NCBI GenBank assembly: GCA_964016885.1
Contig: OZ024765.1
Coordinates: 13,392,001 to 13,456,000 of the forward strand
Reading direction: 5' to 3'
Source of the DNA: Eledone cirrhosa
Taxonomy: Eukaryota
Length of the DNA stretch: 64,000 nt
In this document: one piece after another, positions 41,945 through 55,541 of the stretch
Layout: each line of letters starts with the position of its first letter
Numbering within the stretch: position 1 is the first letter of the stretch
Translations under genes and position numbers: made by a program
Notes under the pieces: generated by a model
Databases searched by the model: none
What the model saw: the letters and a program-made list of their open reading frames with translations, nothing else
Told to the model about the DNA's origin: nothing

Positions 41945-43490
41945 CATTTTTTCACGCTCAGAGTTGCTGATGCATGGATCAAACTCCCTGCATCAGTTGT
42001 TAGCTGTCGAGACACTGCATCCTTTAAAACCTCCATGGATCAAACTCCCTGCATCAGTTGTTAGCTGTCGAGACACTGCATCCTTTAAAACCTCCATGGA
42101 ACAAACTACCTGCATCAGTTGTTAGCTGTCGAGACACTGCGTCCTTTAAAACCTCCATGGAATAAACTACCTGCATCAGTTGTTAGCTGTCGAGACACTG
42201 CATCCTTTAAAACCTCCATGGAACAAACTACCTGCATCAGTTGTTAGCTGTCGAGACACTGCATCCTTTAAAACCTCCATGGAACAAACTACCTGCTTCT
42301 GTTGTTAGCTGTCGAGACACTGCATCCTTTAAAACCTCCATGGAACAAACTACCTGCTTCAGTTGTTAGCTGTCGAGACACTGCATCCTTTAAAACATCC
42401 ATGGAACAAACTACCTGCATCAGTTGTTAGCTGTCGGGACACTGCATCCTTTAAAACATCCATGGAACAAACTACCTGCATCAGATGTTAGCTGTCGAGA
42501 TACTGCATCCTTTAAAACCTCCATGGAACAAACTACCTGCATCAGTTGTTAGCTGTCGAGACTGCATCCTTTAAAACCTCCATGGAACAAACTACCTGCT
42601 TCAGTTGTTAGCTGTCGAGACACTGCATCCTTTAAAACCTCCATGGAACAAACTACCTGCTTCAGTTGTTAGCTGTCGAGACACTGCATCCTTTAAAACC
42701 TCCATGGAACAAACTACTTGCATCAGTTGTTAGCTGTCGAGACACTGCATCCTTTAAAACCTCCATGGAACAAACTACCTGCTTCAGTTGTTAGCTGTCG
42801 AGACACTGCGTCCTTTAAAACCTCCATGGAATAAACTACCTGCATCAGTTGTTAGCTGTCGAGATACTGCATCCTTTAAAACCTCCATGGAACAAACTAC
42901 CTGCATCAGTTGTTAGCTGTCGAGATACTGCATCCTTTAAAACCTCCATGGAACAAACTACCTGCATCAGTTGTTAGCTGTCGAGACTGCATCCTTTAAA
43001 AGCTCCATGGAACAAACTACCTGCATCAGTTGTTAGCTGTCAAGACACTGCATCCTTTAAAACCTCCATGGAACAAACTACCTGCTTCAGTTGTTAGGTG
43101 TCGAGACACTGCATCCTTTAAAACATCCATGGAACAAACTACCTGCATCAGTTGTTAGCTGTCGGGACACTGCATCCTTTAAAACCTCCATGGAACAAAC
43201 TACCTGCATCAGTTGTTAGCTGTCGGGACACTGCATCCTTTAAAACATCCATGGAACAAACTACCTGCATCAGATGTTAGCTGTTGAGACACTGCATACT
43301 TTAAAACCTCCATGCTTCCTGAGATTTGCCAACACTACACCTAATATTCCCCCTCCATACACACGCACACATGTATATCATGAGTCATGCACTATTCACT
43401 TACCTGACATTTATACATTATTCTATGTACTATACATGCACTTTGATGAGTTGTGCACCTGAGCACTGTACACAATAATTTTCATTATAT
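41945..43490 (+). repeat. ~22x61-bp minisatellite within a CR1 3' end
   Basis: Unit catggaacaaactacctgcatcagttgttagctgtcgagacactgcatcctttaaaacctc, followed by the CR1 3'UTR. Confidence 0.9.
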
Positions 43491-43699
43491 AAATGGTGTG
43501 GTGTGTATATCATGACTCATACACTGTTCATTTTCCTGGCATTTGTACATTATTCTATGTACTATACATGCACCTTTGATGAGTTGTAGTGCACCTGAGC
43601 ACTGTACACAATAATTTTATTATTATTATTATTATTTACAGAATACCCCCATACCTTAATTAACTAAACATTTCAAGATATTGTTATTTTCTTTTTCAG

Positions 43700-43855
43700 G
43701 GAGATTCAGGAAGCCCCTTGATGTGTTTTGATGCCCAAAAGAAAGAAAGGGTTCTCGTAGGTATTGTATCCTATGGCTGGAAGTGTAAAACAGGGCTGTC
43801 TGTTTATGCCAGGGTATCGTACTTCAATAAATGGATCCTAAAACATATACAGTAA
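43700..43855 (+). CDS. S1A serine protease exon 6 (catalytic Ser, stop)
   Basis: tttttcag|GDSGSPLMCFDAQKKERVLVGIVSYGWKCKTGLSVYARVSYFNKWILKHIQ*, with GDSGxP, GIVSYG and VYARVS...WI motifs. The six exons total 963 nt = 320 aa + stop. Confidence 0.95.
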   Translation, partial: GDSGSPLMCFDAQKKERVLVGIVSYGWKCKTGLSVYARVSYFNKWILKHIQ

Positions 43856-43891
43856 ACTTGTGTGGTGTGGTTTCTCTATAAATATATTTAA

Positions 43892-44912
43892 CTCTTTAGC
43901 ATTTAAACCGGCCACATCTGGCCAGAATTCTCTCACCTTTTTCTCTTCAAACCAGCCGCTCATACTGATGTTAAGGTATTATTCTCAAAATAAATAATAT
44001 CAAAATTTCATAGATTCGATATTATGTGAGGTACAGCCTTTACTGTGAAAATACAATAGTATATATAGTGTAATGTAAACGTTATGTGAGATATTATGCG
44101 AGGTAAAGCCTTTACTGTGAAAATACAATAGTATATATAGAATAATGTAAATGTTATGTCAGATATTATGTGAGGTAAAGCCTCTACAGTGAAAATACAA
44201 TAGTATATATAAAGTAATGTAAATGTTATATGAGATATTATGTGAGGTAAAGCCTTTACTGTGAAAATACAATAGTATATATAGAGTAATGTAAATGTTA
44301 TGTGAGATATTATGTGAGGTAAAGCCTTTACTGTGAAAATACAATAGTATATATAGAGTAATGTAAATGTTATGTGAGATATTATGTGAGGTAAAGACTT
44401 TACTGTGAAAATACAATAGTATATATAGAGTAATGTAAATGTTATGTGAGATATTATGTGAGGTAAAGCCTTTACTGTGAAAATACAATAGTATATATAG
44501 AGTAATGTAAATGCTAAAGGGTTTAACCGGCTACATCCGGCTAGAATTCTTTAACCTCTTTCTCTTCAAACCGGCTGTAACTGGCCACTCATACTTATGT
44601 TAAGGTATTCTTGTCTAAATAAATATTATCAAAATCTCATAGATTTGATATTATGTGAAGTAAAGTCTTTTCTGCGAAAATATAACAGTATATATAGAAT
44701 AATGTAAATGCTAAAAGGTTAAACTGGCCACATCTGGCCAGAATTCTCTCACCTCTTCCTGTTCAAACCGGCTGCTCATACTGATGTTAAGGTATTTTTC
44801 TTAAAATAAATATCAAAATCTCATAGAATCAATAGTGTGAGATACTACGTGAGATAAAGGCTTCTCTGTGAAAATATAATATTATATATAGAGTAGTGTA
44901 AATGTTAAAGGG
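43892..44912 (-). mobile_element. three head-to-tail copies of the piggyBac-like MITE, the first with ~7x72-bp expansion
   Basis: TTAA|CTCTTTAGCATTTA start. TAAATGYTAAARGG-TTAA-like ends at ~44521, ~44718 and 44912. Reverse complement of the 15639 element. Confidence 0.75.
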
Positions 44913-45134
44913 TTAATTATATATTAGGTGTGGGGTCTTAAACAACTCCTAAAAACAAGGATATCGCTACAAAAAAAACAAAAGAAATATTTTGAATAAA
45001 ATATATTATGTCTAAAATATACAAAGAAATCTGTTGTAAAATTTGATACAAACTGACAACAGTTGCCTCCCTTTAATCTCTGAACCTGCTAGAAATAGCA
45101 GCCAAGTCTATTTCACTACGTTGTTTTATATATA

Positions 45135-45630
45135 AACTAGCTCCAAAGTGACATATTTTCCAACACTATCTCCCCATTGCCCCAGTGTGACACCCTAGCT
45201 CTCCACTGCCATAGTGTACCACCCTAGCTCCGCAGTGCCACAGCGCGGCACCCTATCTTCAATGTGCCATATTTTTCCACAATATCTCCCTATTGCCATA
45301 GAGGGTCGTCCAAGCTTCATATTTCTACACTGTGTCACTGAAAATCTCCAGTACCATAGTGTGCCATCCTAGCTCCGCAGTGCCATAGTGCGGCACCCTA
45401 GCTTCAAAGTGCCATATTTCAACACCCTATCTACCCGTGGCTATAGAGGGTCACCCTAGCTCCGAAAGTGCCGTATTTGGCCACCCTATCTCCGTAGTGT
45501 CATAGGGAGGGGGGGGGGGTCACCCTAGCTCCATATTTCCATACTGTGCCACCCTAACTCTACAGTGCCATAGTGCGGCACCCTAGCGCGGAAGTGCCAT
45601 CTTTTCCACCTTCTCCTCCCATTGCCATAC
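45135..45630. repeat. degenerate ~29-31-bp GC-richer minisatellite
   Basis: Recurrent caccctagctcc..agtgccata. Confidence 0.7.
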
Positions 45631-46819
45631 TGCGTCTCTCAAGGTCAACAAATTTTGTGGGGAGGGTAAAGTCAATTATATTGGCCCCAGTGTGCAGTAC
45701 CGGATGTAGGACGAGGCCCTTTGATAGTTACCATATTTTCCGGCATCGAAGACACTATTTTTTCCCTAAAATAAGTCTCAAAAATCTACCATGCGTCCTG
45801 GAGGCCGAACGCTGTTTATTTGGATTGGCAGTATCGGTAGAGGATCGGACGCCATGTTTTGTAGCATAGAGTCACGACCCGTTATGGTCTGAGTTCAAAT
45901 CCCGCCAAGGTTAACTTTGCCTTTCATCCTTACGGGGATCGATAAAATAAAGTACCAGTAATACACTGGGATAATTGCTGGTCTTGTGCCAAAAGTAGAA
46001 ACAATGATTTTTTTCTTCAAATTTTTGGTTGTCAAAATTAGGGTGCTTCCTCGAGGACGAAGCCTCTTTGGCGCCGGGAAATACGACCTCAAAAATTTGA
46101 AAGATTCATCGTAAACCTTTTGGGGGAAAGAAGACAGCCCTTATTTCCTGACAGGCCAACGGGGCCCTGTGTTTAAACACACCTAAGCACAATCGTAAAT
46201 CCGGCACTGGGTTTAGACACAGGGTCAACAATTTGGAGGAAGAGAAAGTCGATTAGATCGACCTCAGTGCATTACTGGTATTTTATTTTTTCGACCCCTA
46301 TGGCCGGAGTTTCAAAATAATGTAAACAATATACAGAAAGGTAAGAAAATATATTATGAAATATTGGTTTCTGTTTAGACACAAGGCCAACAATTTTCAG
46401 GGGAGGGGAAAGTCGACACCAGTGTATTACTGGTACTATATTTTATCAACCCCGTAAGAATGAAAAGCAAAATTAACTTTGGCGGGATTTGAACTCAAAA
46501 AGTAAAGAGGCATAGCTATATGTTACAAAACATGGCGTCCGGCGCTCTATCAATTGCTGCCAATCAACAACCCTTATAATAATTGTTTCTACGTTAGGCA
46601 CAAGGCCAGCAATTACCCAGTGTATTACTGGTACTTTATTTTATCGACCCCGTAAGGATGAAAGGTAAAGTTAACCTCGGCGGGATTTGAACTCAGAATG
46701 GCAAGGGCCGTAACTCTATGCGCCAAAGCATGGCATCCGATACTCTACCGATACTGCCAATCCAATGGTTTCTGATTCAGGTACAAGACCAAGGCCAACA
46801 ATTTTGCGGGAGGGGAAGA

Positions 46820-47400
46820 TCACAGCTCCAATATTATGGGCATGAGGTTAGAATGTCTCAGGAAAGAATCACTGGACATATTTGTAGCTCGGAGATGAGA
46901 GAGTCACTCCAGGTAGAGCTGCTACTTCTCCGAATTGAGAGATCACAGCTCTGATACTATGGACATGTGGTTAGAATGTCTCAGGAAAGAATTGCTGGAC
47001 AGATTTGTAGCTCGGAGATGAGAGAGTCACTCCAGGTAGAGCCGCTACTTCTCTTAATTGAGAGATCACAGCTCTGATACAATGGACATGTGGTTAGAAT
47101 GTCTCAGGAAAGAATTGCTGGACAGACTTGTAGCTCAGAGATCAGAGAGTCAGTCCAGATAGAGCCGCTACTTCTCCAAATTGAGAGATCACAGCTCTGA
47201 TACTATGGACATGTGGTTAGAATGTCTCAGGAACGAATTGCTGGACAGATTTGTAGCTCCAGGTAGAGCCGCTACTTCTCTGAATTGGGAGATCACAGCT
47301 CCAATATTGAGGGTTTGAGGTTAGAATGTTTCAGGAAAGAATTACTGGACAGATTTTACGAGCGAAACCAACCGGCAGGAGACCCAGAGCAAGATGGTTG
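46820..47400 (+). repeat. ~4-5 tandem ~123-bp units derived from an RTE-like ORF end
   Basis: Unit translates as IERSQL*YYGHVVRMSQERI...; the array ends with the GRRPR motif. Confidence 0.7.
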
Positions 47401-47989
47401 ATAACATTCATGAGCTTGGCTAGTTTCTGAGTTAGACACAAGGCCAATAATCTTGTAGGTGGGTAAAGTCAATTAAATCGACCCCAGTGTATAACTGGTA
47501 CTTTATTTTATCAACCCTTCTAAGGATGAAAGGCAAAGTTAACCTCGGTGGGATTTGAACTCAGATCGTTAAGAGTGATATGCCGCAAACGTAAACAAAA
47601 TATATATATATATACAAAAAGACGAGAAAATATATTCAATTAAATATTAAAATAAAGTCTGGGTTAAAAAATAATAATGAAGGGTCTTACTTGAGATATC
47701 AGGAACAGGATTGATATAACGGGAACTGTATATTAAAGGTGTAGGTGGAAGGCAAAAGTGGGAAATGTTGGGTCCAGATGGAAGGAAGGATGATAGGAAT
47801 ATAATATAATTATGAAAATATAAACAGAGCATATAAATAAATTTACAGTAGAATAACATAAATATGTTTTAAATATATACATAGATAACATTACAAATGC
47901 TTCGATAACATTATAAATTGCTCGCCATTCTTTCAGAAAGATATATTCTTTTAATGTTACAATAATAAAGAAAATGTAAAGGAAGGGGG

Positions 47990-50900
47990 AACAATGGAGC
48001 CAACACCAGAGCAAAAGACAGCAGCCAGGGGTACTGGGAAACCTCTCTAATGAGTTTTGAGGCAAGCCAGCACACTCGCAGCGTTGCCTCGGGTGATGGC
48101 GAGGCTGATGTGCTGAAACAGCCAAGCGCCCTCGCGAGATTCGCCAGTTACCTCTATTAGGCGAGCCGCCAGTGAAGAGAGGAACCTCGCAGTCAGCGGT
48201 CCGACTCCCCCAAACGTCTCGAAAGCCACAGGCTGAAAAATGTAGCTGGCCGACAGATCAGAGTATTTGAGGGTCTTACTCCGCTCGGCTGCGGAAGCTG
48301 TAGCTCTCGTCCTAACCGCAGCATCCAGGATGTGGGAAAGAGCAAAAGAGTCATTAACAGTGACGTCCCAGACACAGCACCTGCCTCTCGACTAGGAGCA
48401 CAGGGTAAGGCTGTCAGGTCTTTTGCCGTCACTTTTGGACAACCCAAATGGTTCCAATACTGAGGGGATATTCGCCCGGACCAAAGCTCTCTTCAGAATG
48501 AGGTTTAGCTCCGTGTGACGCGCGAAGCGGCCGGCATCCAGGCGGCAAGAAAGACCGTGAGGGCCTGTGGAGTCGAGGAGTTTGCCGCATCGGCACCTCA
48601 AACCCATGCAGACGTCAGCTCCCACTCTGAGGGCGATGGAAACACGAAGTTCGTCCAGGCTGAGTAGGCCACCGACGTTGGCCACGGGTAGGGTATCAAC
48701 CCTATCGCCTGAGTATTTGGCGCTGGCAGATAGTAAGCGGCACCTTGCAAACTGATCTGACTGGACGAAGAGGGAGTCGAAGGTGGCCTTCGAACTTATG
48801 CTGTCCCAAGTTCTCTGACTTCGACTGTCCTCCACTTTCTCAGGAAGAGACAAGCCCAACTCACTCCATTGCTGGAGAGCTTCATCCAACTCCCTGTTGG
48901 AACTAGTCCATGTTGGAGAGGAGAGGATGCTGCTCACCAGGGTGGAGCAAGCGTGGGCGAAGGAAAGGAAGCAGGGGAAAGAGAGGGACGAACACTTACG
49001 AAGACTAAGACCCTCAAATCGCTTGGGCAACGCAGCCTGGTCGTGGGACTCTGGAGAGAGTCTAACATTGACCAGGCACTCGAGTCTCTCGAAGATTAGG
49101 TCGTCGAAGCGTTGGAGACAGGACAGAAATTTGTGAGAGGGGCTGACCCTGAGCAGATACAGAAGCTTAGGAACAGACAGGTAGTTCCTGAGTATGAAGA
49201 AACCTTGATGGGGTTCGATAACTTCGATATTCCTCAGCAGCTGCTCAAGGCCAACCATCTTCGATTGGAAGATTGACTCGAAGGCCAGGTCTGTGATTGG
49301 GGCTCCTAAGGAGCACCAGGCCGACGGGGGAGGGACCGCGATGGAAGGGAAGGACTCTGCAAACAGGTCAATTAGCTGTTGGTGTTGAGAAGCCGGGTGG
49401 TTGAGGATCCAGAGCTTACATTTGGAGCTATTGACCTGGAGACTCCGGCAGCCAAGCTCCTCAACCATCTTGTTGGCAGTGGCGAGAACCATATCCGGAG
49501 TTCCCCCCCAAACAGGTGTCGTCGAGGTACCAGACATTGAGGTCCAACTCAACCCCCATCTTGGTGACGTCATCAATGCCCAGTGCAAACAGAGCCGGCC
49601 CGATTGGGTCACCCTGTTGGACTCCTGAGGCAGTGGTGATGATTTTGGTTACCGAAAGAGAGGTAGGAGGGCTTCCGATAAGTCTGCCAAGCAAAGTGGT
49701 AGAGTTGTGGGATCCTCTCTCTTACTGAGCCGAGGACAATGTCGCGGTTGACGGAGTTAAAGGCGTTCCTGAGGTCAAGTTTGAGGATGACCTTGGGGGA
49801 CGAGGAGGGCAAGTTGGTAAATGCTCTGGTAGCGTGGACAGCAGCCTCACATCCCAACTTAGTACCCACCCCCAGCTGCTGGATAGGGGAAAATTCATCC
49901 GCCAGTGAGTCGGAGACCAACAGCAAACACGCCTTTGCAGTGGGGCGGCGAAGGGTGCAGCCAACCGCAATGGGGCGCAGGTCCCCGTTGGGCTTGGTGA
50001 GACCAAATAGCTTCGCACCGAAGAACAGTGGGCGGATGAACGGGAAAACGTTCACTGAAGAGAACTGATTCACAAACTGAGTCAGACTCTCCAAGAGCTC
50101 GAGTCCGGCGTCACCGGCCAATAAGGAGATACCATCCTTGAGATGTTGAGGACGAAGGCCGTCAATTCCCGCGCCTGACCCAGCGGGGAAGGATGAAATC
50201 GCCTTTCTGATGATATTGGTGGTGTAAACCGGTCTCGAGTATTCTGGTGGTTCGGGCCAGTGTAGCTGATCATCTGGGGGTGCCGATGGGTGCTTGCTTC
50301 GCTTTCAGTCGCTCAAGAGAAACAGAGTTGCACGGAGCAAGTGAGGACAGAGAAGAGAGGAGACGGACAGCCCGTTTAATGTAAAATCCGCTGAAGTTGG
50401 CATTGACCGCTCGCTTGAGGTCTACCGGTTGTCTGTTGGTGGACACCGAGCTCGATGTCGAACTGAGATGAAACGTGGTTGGGGTGGACTCAAACAGCTG
50501 GAACTGCCGCTTGAGAGAGGACGTGAGGGAACCCGAATTCGCATTGTGCACGTGAAGAGAGATGTGGGGAAACAAAAACAAATTCTGCCAGTCAGACCTA
50601 TTGTTGGACGAGCAAACGTTTTTCAATAAATTAGAGAGGACACGTGCAAAGCTATTCAGAGCTCCCTTAGGGATCCGGTTAACGAGCTTTGATTTGGAGA
50701 AGCCCTGGAGGGCTGTGGCAAAGTCCTCGGTAGAGAGTTGGTCATCGAAGCGTGGGTCATCCCCACGGAATACGTCGGAGCTGAAGTGGCACCGATTACA
50801 GGTCCAGTGTTGAAGCCTTTCGGCTTGAGCTTGGTGATGCCCACACAGCTTCTGTGGTAGCTTGCGTGGCATAGGTGACATTTAATTGTCTTTAAGTACC

Positions 50901-51430
50901 GGCTAGTGCGGGCACAGAGAGCGCAATCAGGTGGTGGGCTGGCAGCAGAGGGCCAGCGTTGGAATTCGGTGGAGGGAGTGAGTCAGTAAAGGAGGCAGCA
51001 GTGGTTTTATAACAGTGGGACTAGAGCGGAGGTTGGGTGGTGAGCTAACAGTTGTAGAGGTGGTGTGGTTGGCCGGGTTGGATTGGTTCGGAATCTGCCG
51101 TGAGGAGGAGGAGGATGTAGGTGGGGGAAAGTTAGCTCCTCTCGTGTATGCCGGCAGTTGGAGGAGAATGGGAGGTCGAAGGCTGACCGGTTGTCACATA
51201 GTCGTTCCACCAAGCAGGCCTCTTGGTCGTTCGACGCGTGCCACCGCCACCTAGAGTGGACTAGGTTAAAGTGGTGGCAACGTTGCCAATCAGCAATCGC
51301 CAGGTGATAGTTCGGTCGAAACATCGGGTCACCGACGGGTTGAACGAATACCTAGGTGGGTTGTGCGCGAGAACGAAGTAAGGGATGAGCAAGGGGAGGG
51401 TTAGAAAGTGGAGAAAGAGGGGAGGGTGAG
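47990..51430 (-). mobile_element. near full-length degenerate CRE-like non-LTR retrotransposon (RT plus restriction-like endonuclease)
   Basis: LRPIAVGCTLRR, QLGVG..GCEAAVHA, KLDLRNAFNS, GVQQGDPIGPALF, WYLDD, CRCG..D..G.H.LSC..RH, KRPD, AFETFG, WLFQHISLAITRGNA across several frames. GC-rich. Boundaries approximate. Confidence 0.85.
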
Positions 51431-52253
51431 AAAATTATGAGTGCGTGAATAGAGTATTGTGGTCATGTGAGCGGCAGGTAAATATAGTGGGAGAGAAAGA
51501 GCACTGGACATGCAAAGAGAAGGAAAATAAAAACGCTAGAAGTACAAAATCTAAGGCTGTGAGTTTGTGTAATATTTCGCATGGGTAAATCCGTAGTAAA
51601 AACCGAAATTGTCTGTGAAATAGAATGGAAGCATGGATTGACCTTTCAGTCACACCTGACTATAAATAGATTCAGATTATTTCAAGAGGGAGATGGGATG
51701 GTGCCATGTGTTATCTCTTCTTGTGAAGCTAATGGCGGTTCCTCGCCATTTATAATTTTTTTTGGGGGGGGGGGGGGGGGGTTTAAAAAATTGTAAGTGT
51801 ACGTTAAGGAGGAATGTATAATTATGTGATACAATTGCTCCAGGTTGGTTCCATGCGTTGTTGCCACAATCAATCCTTTTAAATTTTTTATTTTTCTTCT
51901 GAAGATCTGTTATTCCTCTCCGTAGATTGTAAATGGTAAAATCCGTTCGAATGTCCCTGTGGGTTAAGTGCTCCAACGGAATGGTAAAATCCAGTTCTTC
52001 GATGAATATTTTGAAGTTGTCTCAGACAAAGCACAAACTCATGCAAAAAAAAAAGGGGAAAAGGTGAAAATGTTTACCTCGTTTGGTGTCGAATTTGTAG
52101 ACACGTTTGTTTTCCTTTCGGCTTGTAAGAACGTGGCAAAGGTTGTTGTAGTGTCTTATTACTCTGGAGTTTCGCTATATATATATATATATATATATAT
52201 ATCGAAACGGCTTGAGCTCTGCCGTCGAGGTCATACTTTTTCCTATATATTTT

Positions 52254-52311
<58 letters not shown>

Positions 52312-52389
52312 GAATAGCTTTCACCGTATTTTTGACTAAAGGAATTTTAGCCTTATAATGGGTTTTAAAACATACTTACTTGCCATATA

Positions 52390-52508
52390 TATAGGAAAAA
52401 GTATGACCCCGACGGCAGAGCTCAAGCCGTTTCGACGGCTATTTCTGAGTCCAGAAATAGCCGTCGAAACGGCTTGAGCTCTGCCGTCGGGGTCATACTT
52501 TTTCCTAT
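52390..52508. repeat. perfect inverted repeat (~57-bp arms, 4-nt loop), Penelope-like inverted terminus
   Basis: ataggaaaaagtatgaccccgacggcagagctcaagccgtttcgacggctatttctg-AGTC-reverse complement. Related arm copies at ~13376-13412, 52202-52245, 41590-41640 and 2240-2298. Confidence 0.8.
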
Positions 52509-52585
52509 TTCCCACTCTACTACCCTAAATATTGAGTACTCTGGTGCGTTATGGTCCACCTGGTTCCTTACCACAATTCCTTTGT

Positions 52586-52616
<31 letters not shown>

Positions 52617-52739
52617 AATTAATATATATATATTGGATAGAGGTGTAGGGTTAAAGTGGGAGTGGGAGAAAATACCCTCCTCCTCTCTGTACACGTGTGT
52701 GTGTAAGTATGTGTATGTGTGTATGCGTATATATTTATG

Positions 52740-53770
52740 TATGCTTGTATATATGTATATATATATGTGTGTGTATTTATGTGTGAATGTGTGTAGATTT
52801 ATGTATGTTTATATATATATCCATGTATATGTGTGTATATTTATGTATGTTTATATATACACATGTATATGTGTGTATATTTATATACATGTATATGTGT
52901 ATATTTATGTTATATATACACATGTATATGTGTGTATATTTATGTATGTTTATATATATATCCATGTATATGTGTGTATATTTATATATGTTTATATATA
53001 TATATATATCCATGTATATGTGTGTATATTTATGTATGTTTATATATACACATGTATATGTGTGTATATTTATGTATGTTTATATATATATCCATGTATA
53101 TGGGTGTATATTTATGTATGTTTATATATATATATATCCATGTATATGTGTGTATATTTATGTATGTTTATATATATATCCATGTATATGTGTGTATATT
53201 TATATATGTTTATATATATATATATATCCATGTATATGTGTGTATATTTATGTATGTTTATATATACACATGTATATGTGTGTATATTTATGTATGTTTA
53301 TATATATATCCATGTATATGGGTGTATATTTATGTATGTTTATATATATATATATCCATGTATATGTGTGTATATTTATGTATGTTTATATATACACATG
53401 TATATGTGTGTATATTTATGTATGTTTATATATACACATGTATATGTGTGTATATTTATGTATGTTTATATATATATCCATGTATAAGTGTGTATATTTA
53501 TGTATGTTTATATATATATATATATCCATGTATATGTGTGTATATTTATGTATGTTTATATATATATATATATCCATGTATATGTGTGTATATTTATGTA
53601 TGTTTATATATATATATATCCATGTATATGTGTGTATATTTATGTATGTTTATATATATATATATATCCATGTATATGTGTGTATATTTATGTATGTTTA
53701 TATATACACATGTATATGTGTGTATATTTATGTATGTTTATATATACACATGTATATGTGTGTATATTTA
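52740..53770. repeat. TA-rich ~38-46-bp minisatellite
   Basis: catgtatatgtgtgtatatttatgtatgttta(ta)n. Confidence 0.9.
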
Positions 53771-55369
53771 CCGATACTGGCAAATTTATTTTAATGCATA
53801 TAAAAAAAAACATGTTGTGTATACATTTTTTGTATACACAACATTATATATATACACCCTCTATATATATTGTTATACTTTGGTAGAGTCATGTTGCCAA
53901 TAACAAACACACACACTTGTTAGGATTCACTTCAATTTATTATTGTAGTTTCCCTGTTGCTTCGTCTAATAACTGGATGGTTATTAGATGTCACTCAACA
54001 ACTATCATCATCACCATCATCACCATTATCACCACCACCATCACCACCATCATCATCACCACGATCACCACTCCTAACATCATCACCACCACCACCATCA
54101 TCACCACCACCATCATCCCCCCACCCTGCCCACCACCAACATCATCATCACCACCACCATCATCATCCCCACCACAATCCCCACCACCATCATCATCATC
54201 ACCACGACCATCATCATCCCCTCCCCAACACCATCACCACCACCATCATCATCACCACCATCATTATCACCACCACCACCTTAACCCCCCCCCCTCACCA
54301 CCATCGTCGTCATCAACATCATCTTCGTTTAATGTCCATTTTCCAATTTTAGCATGGGTTAGACAGATTGTCAAATTTTGCGACAAGTCTGGTTTGGAGA
54401 CCACGTCATGCTCATATAGATATGTATTTTGGCTTGGTTTCTACAGCTGAATGTCCTTCCTAACACCAACCACTTTACAGGGTGGACTGGGCGCTTTTTA
54501 TCATGGCAGCAGCACAACTATCTTACTGGGTGGATGAGAGTTTTGTTGTGTCACCAGCACAACTATTTGAAAGGATGGACTGGGTGCTTTTTATCATGTC
54601 ACCAGCACAACTATTTGACAGGGTGGATTGGGCAGTTTTTTATCATGTCACCAGCACAAACACTTATAAGATAGACTGGGTATTTTTGTCATGTTACCAG
54701 CACAACCACCTTACAGGGTGGACTGAATACATTTGCTTTTCAGTGTCACCAGCACAACCATTTGACAGGGTGGACTAGGTGTTTTTTATCATGTCACCAG
54801 CACGATCAATTTATAGGGCAACTTGGTATTTTTTGTCATGTCACTAGCACAACCAACTTACAGGGTGTACTGGGTGCTTTTTGAAATGTCACCAGCACAA
54901 CCACCTTACAGTGTGGACTGGGTATATTTTCTTTTCAGTGTCACCATCATGACCAGGTTACTGTGTGGGCTGGGCATTTTTTGCCAGGTTATTAGCCTTA
55001 CATGGTGGACTGGGCGCTTTTTGTCATGTCACCAGCATGATCACCCAACAGGGTGGTCAGGGCACTTTTTGTCGTGTCATTTGGACAAACGCCTTACAGG
55101 GTGTACTGGGTGCTTTTTGTTGTCTCACCAGTACAACCATTTGACAGGATGGACTGGGCGCCTTTTCTCATGTCACCAGCACGACAACTTTACATGGTGG
55201 ACTGAGTACATTTTTTTTTTTACGTGTCACCAACAAGAGCACTCTACGGAGTGGACTGGGTACTTTTTTGTCATGTCACCAGCACAACTACCCAACTAGG
55301 TACTTTTTTGTCATGTCACCTGTATGACCAAAAACCACCACAACAACAACAACAACAACAACAACAGCA

Positions 55370-55541
55370 GGAATTTAGTGAAGATAAACGTTTAATTTTC
55401 CTCCAATATCTACATAAGTTATATCACAATAAATAAGGTGGAGCGTGGAAGAAACGTGAAATCTAGAATATTCTCTGTACAGATCGATGAATTTGTGTCT
55501 TCGTTTTCCAAATCAAAAAGCCATTCTTCTTTACCTGTTCT
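55370..55541 (-). other. probable non-coding terminal (3'UTR) exon of the CTCK gene
   Basis: GTAAGT donor 1 nt after the TGA. Strong pyrimidine tract plus CAG acceptor at 55542-55544. ATTAAA at 55391-55396, followed by a (TGT)n downstream element. Confidence 0.5.

Noticed and set aside
41972-43313. Regular arrays as CRISPR candidates (also 13805-15634 and 60995-61650)
   Set aside because: Head-to-tail repeats without unique spacers, in eukaryotic context with no cas genes.
51640-52170. Possible Penelope/GIY-YIG coding remnant next to the palindrome
   Set aside because: No motif could be recognised with confidence; needs a translated HMM search.
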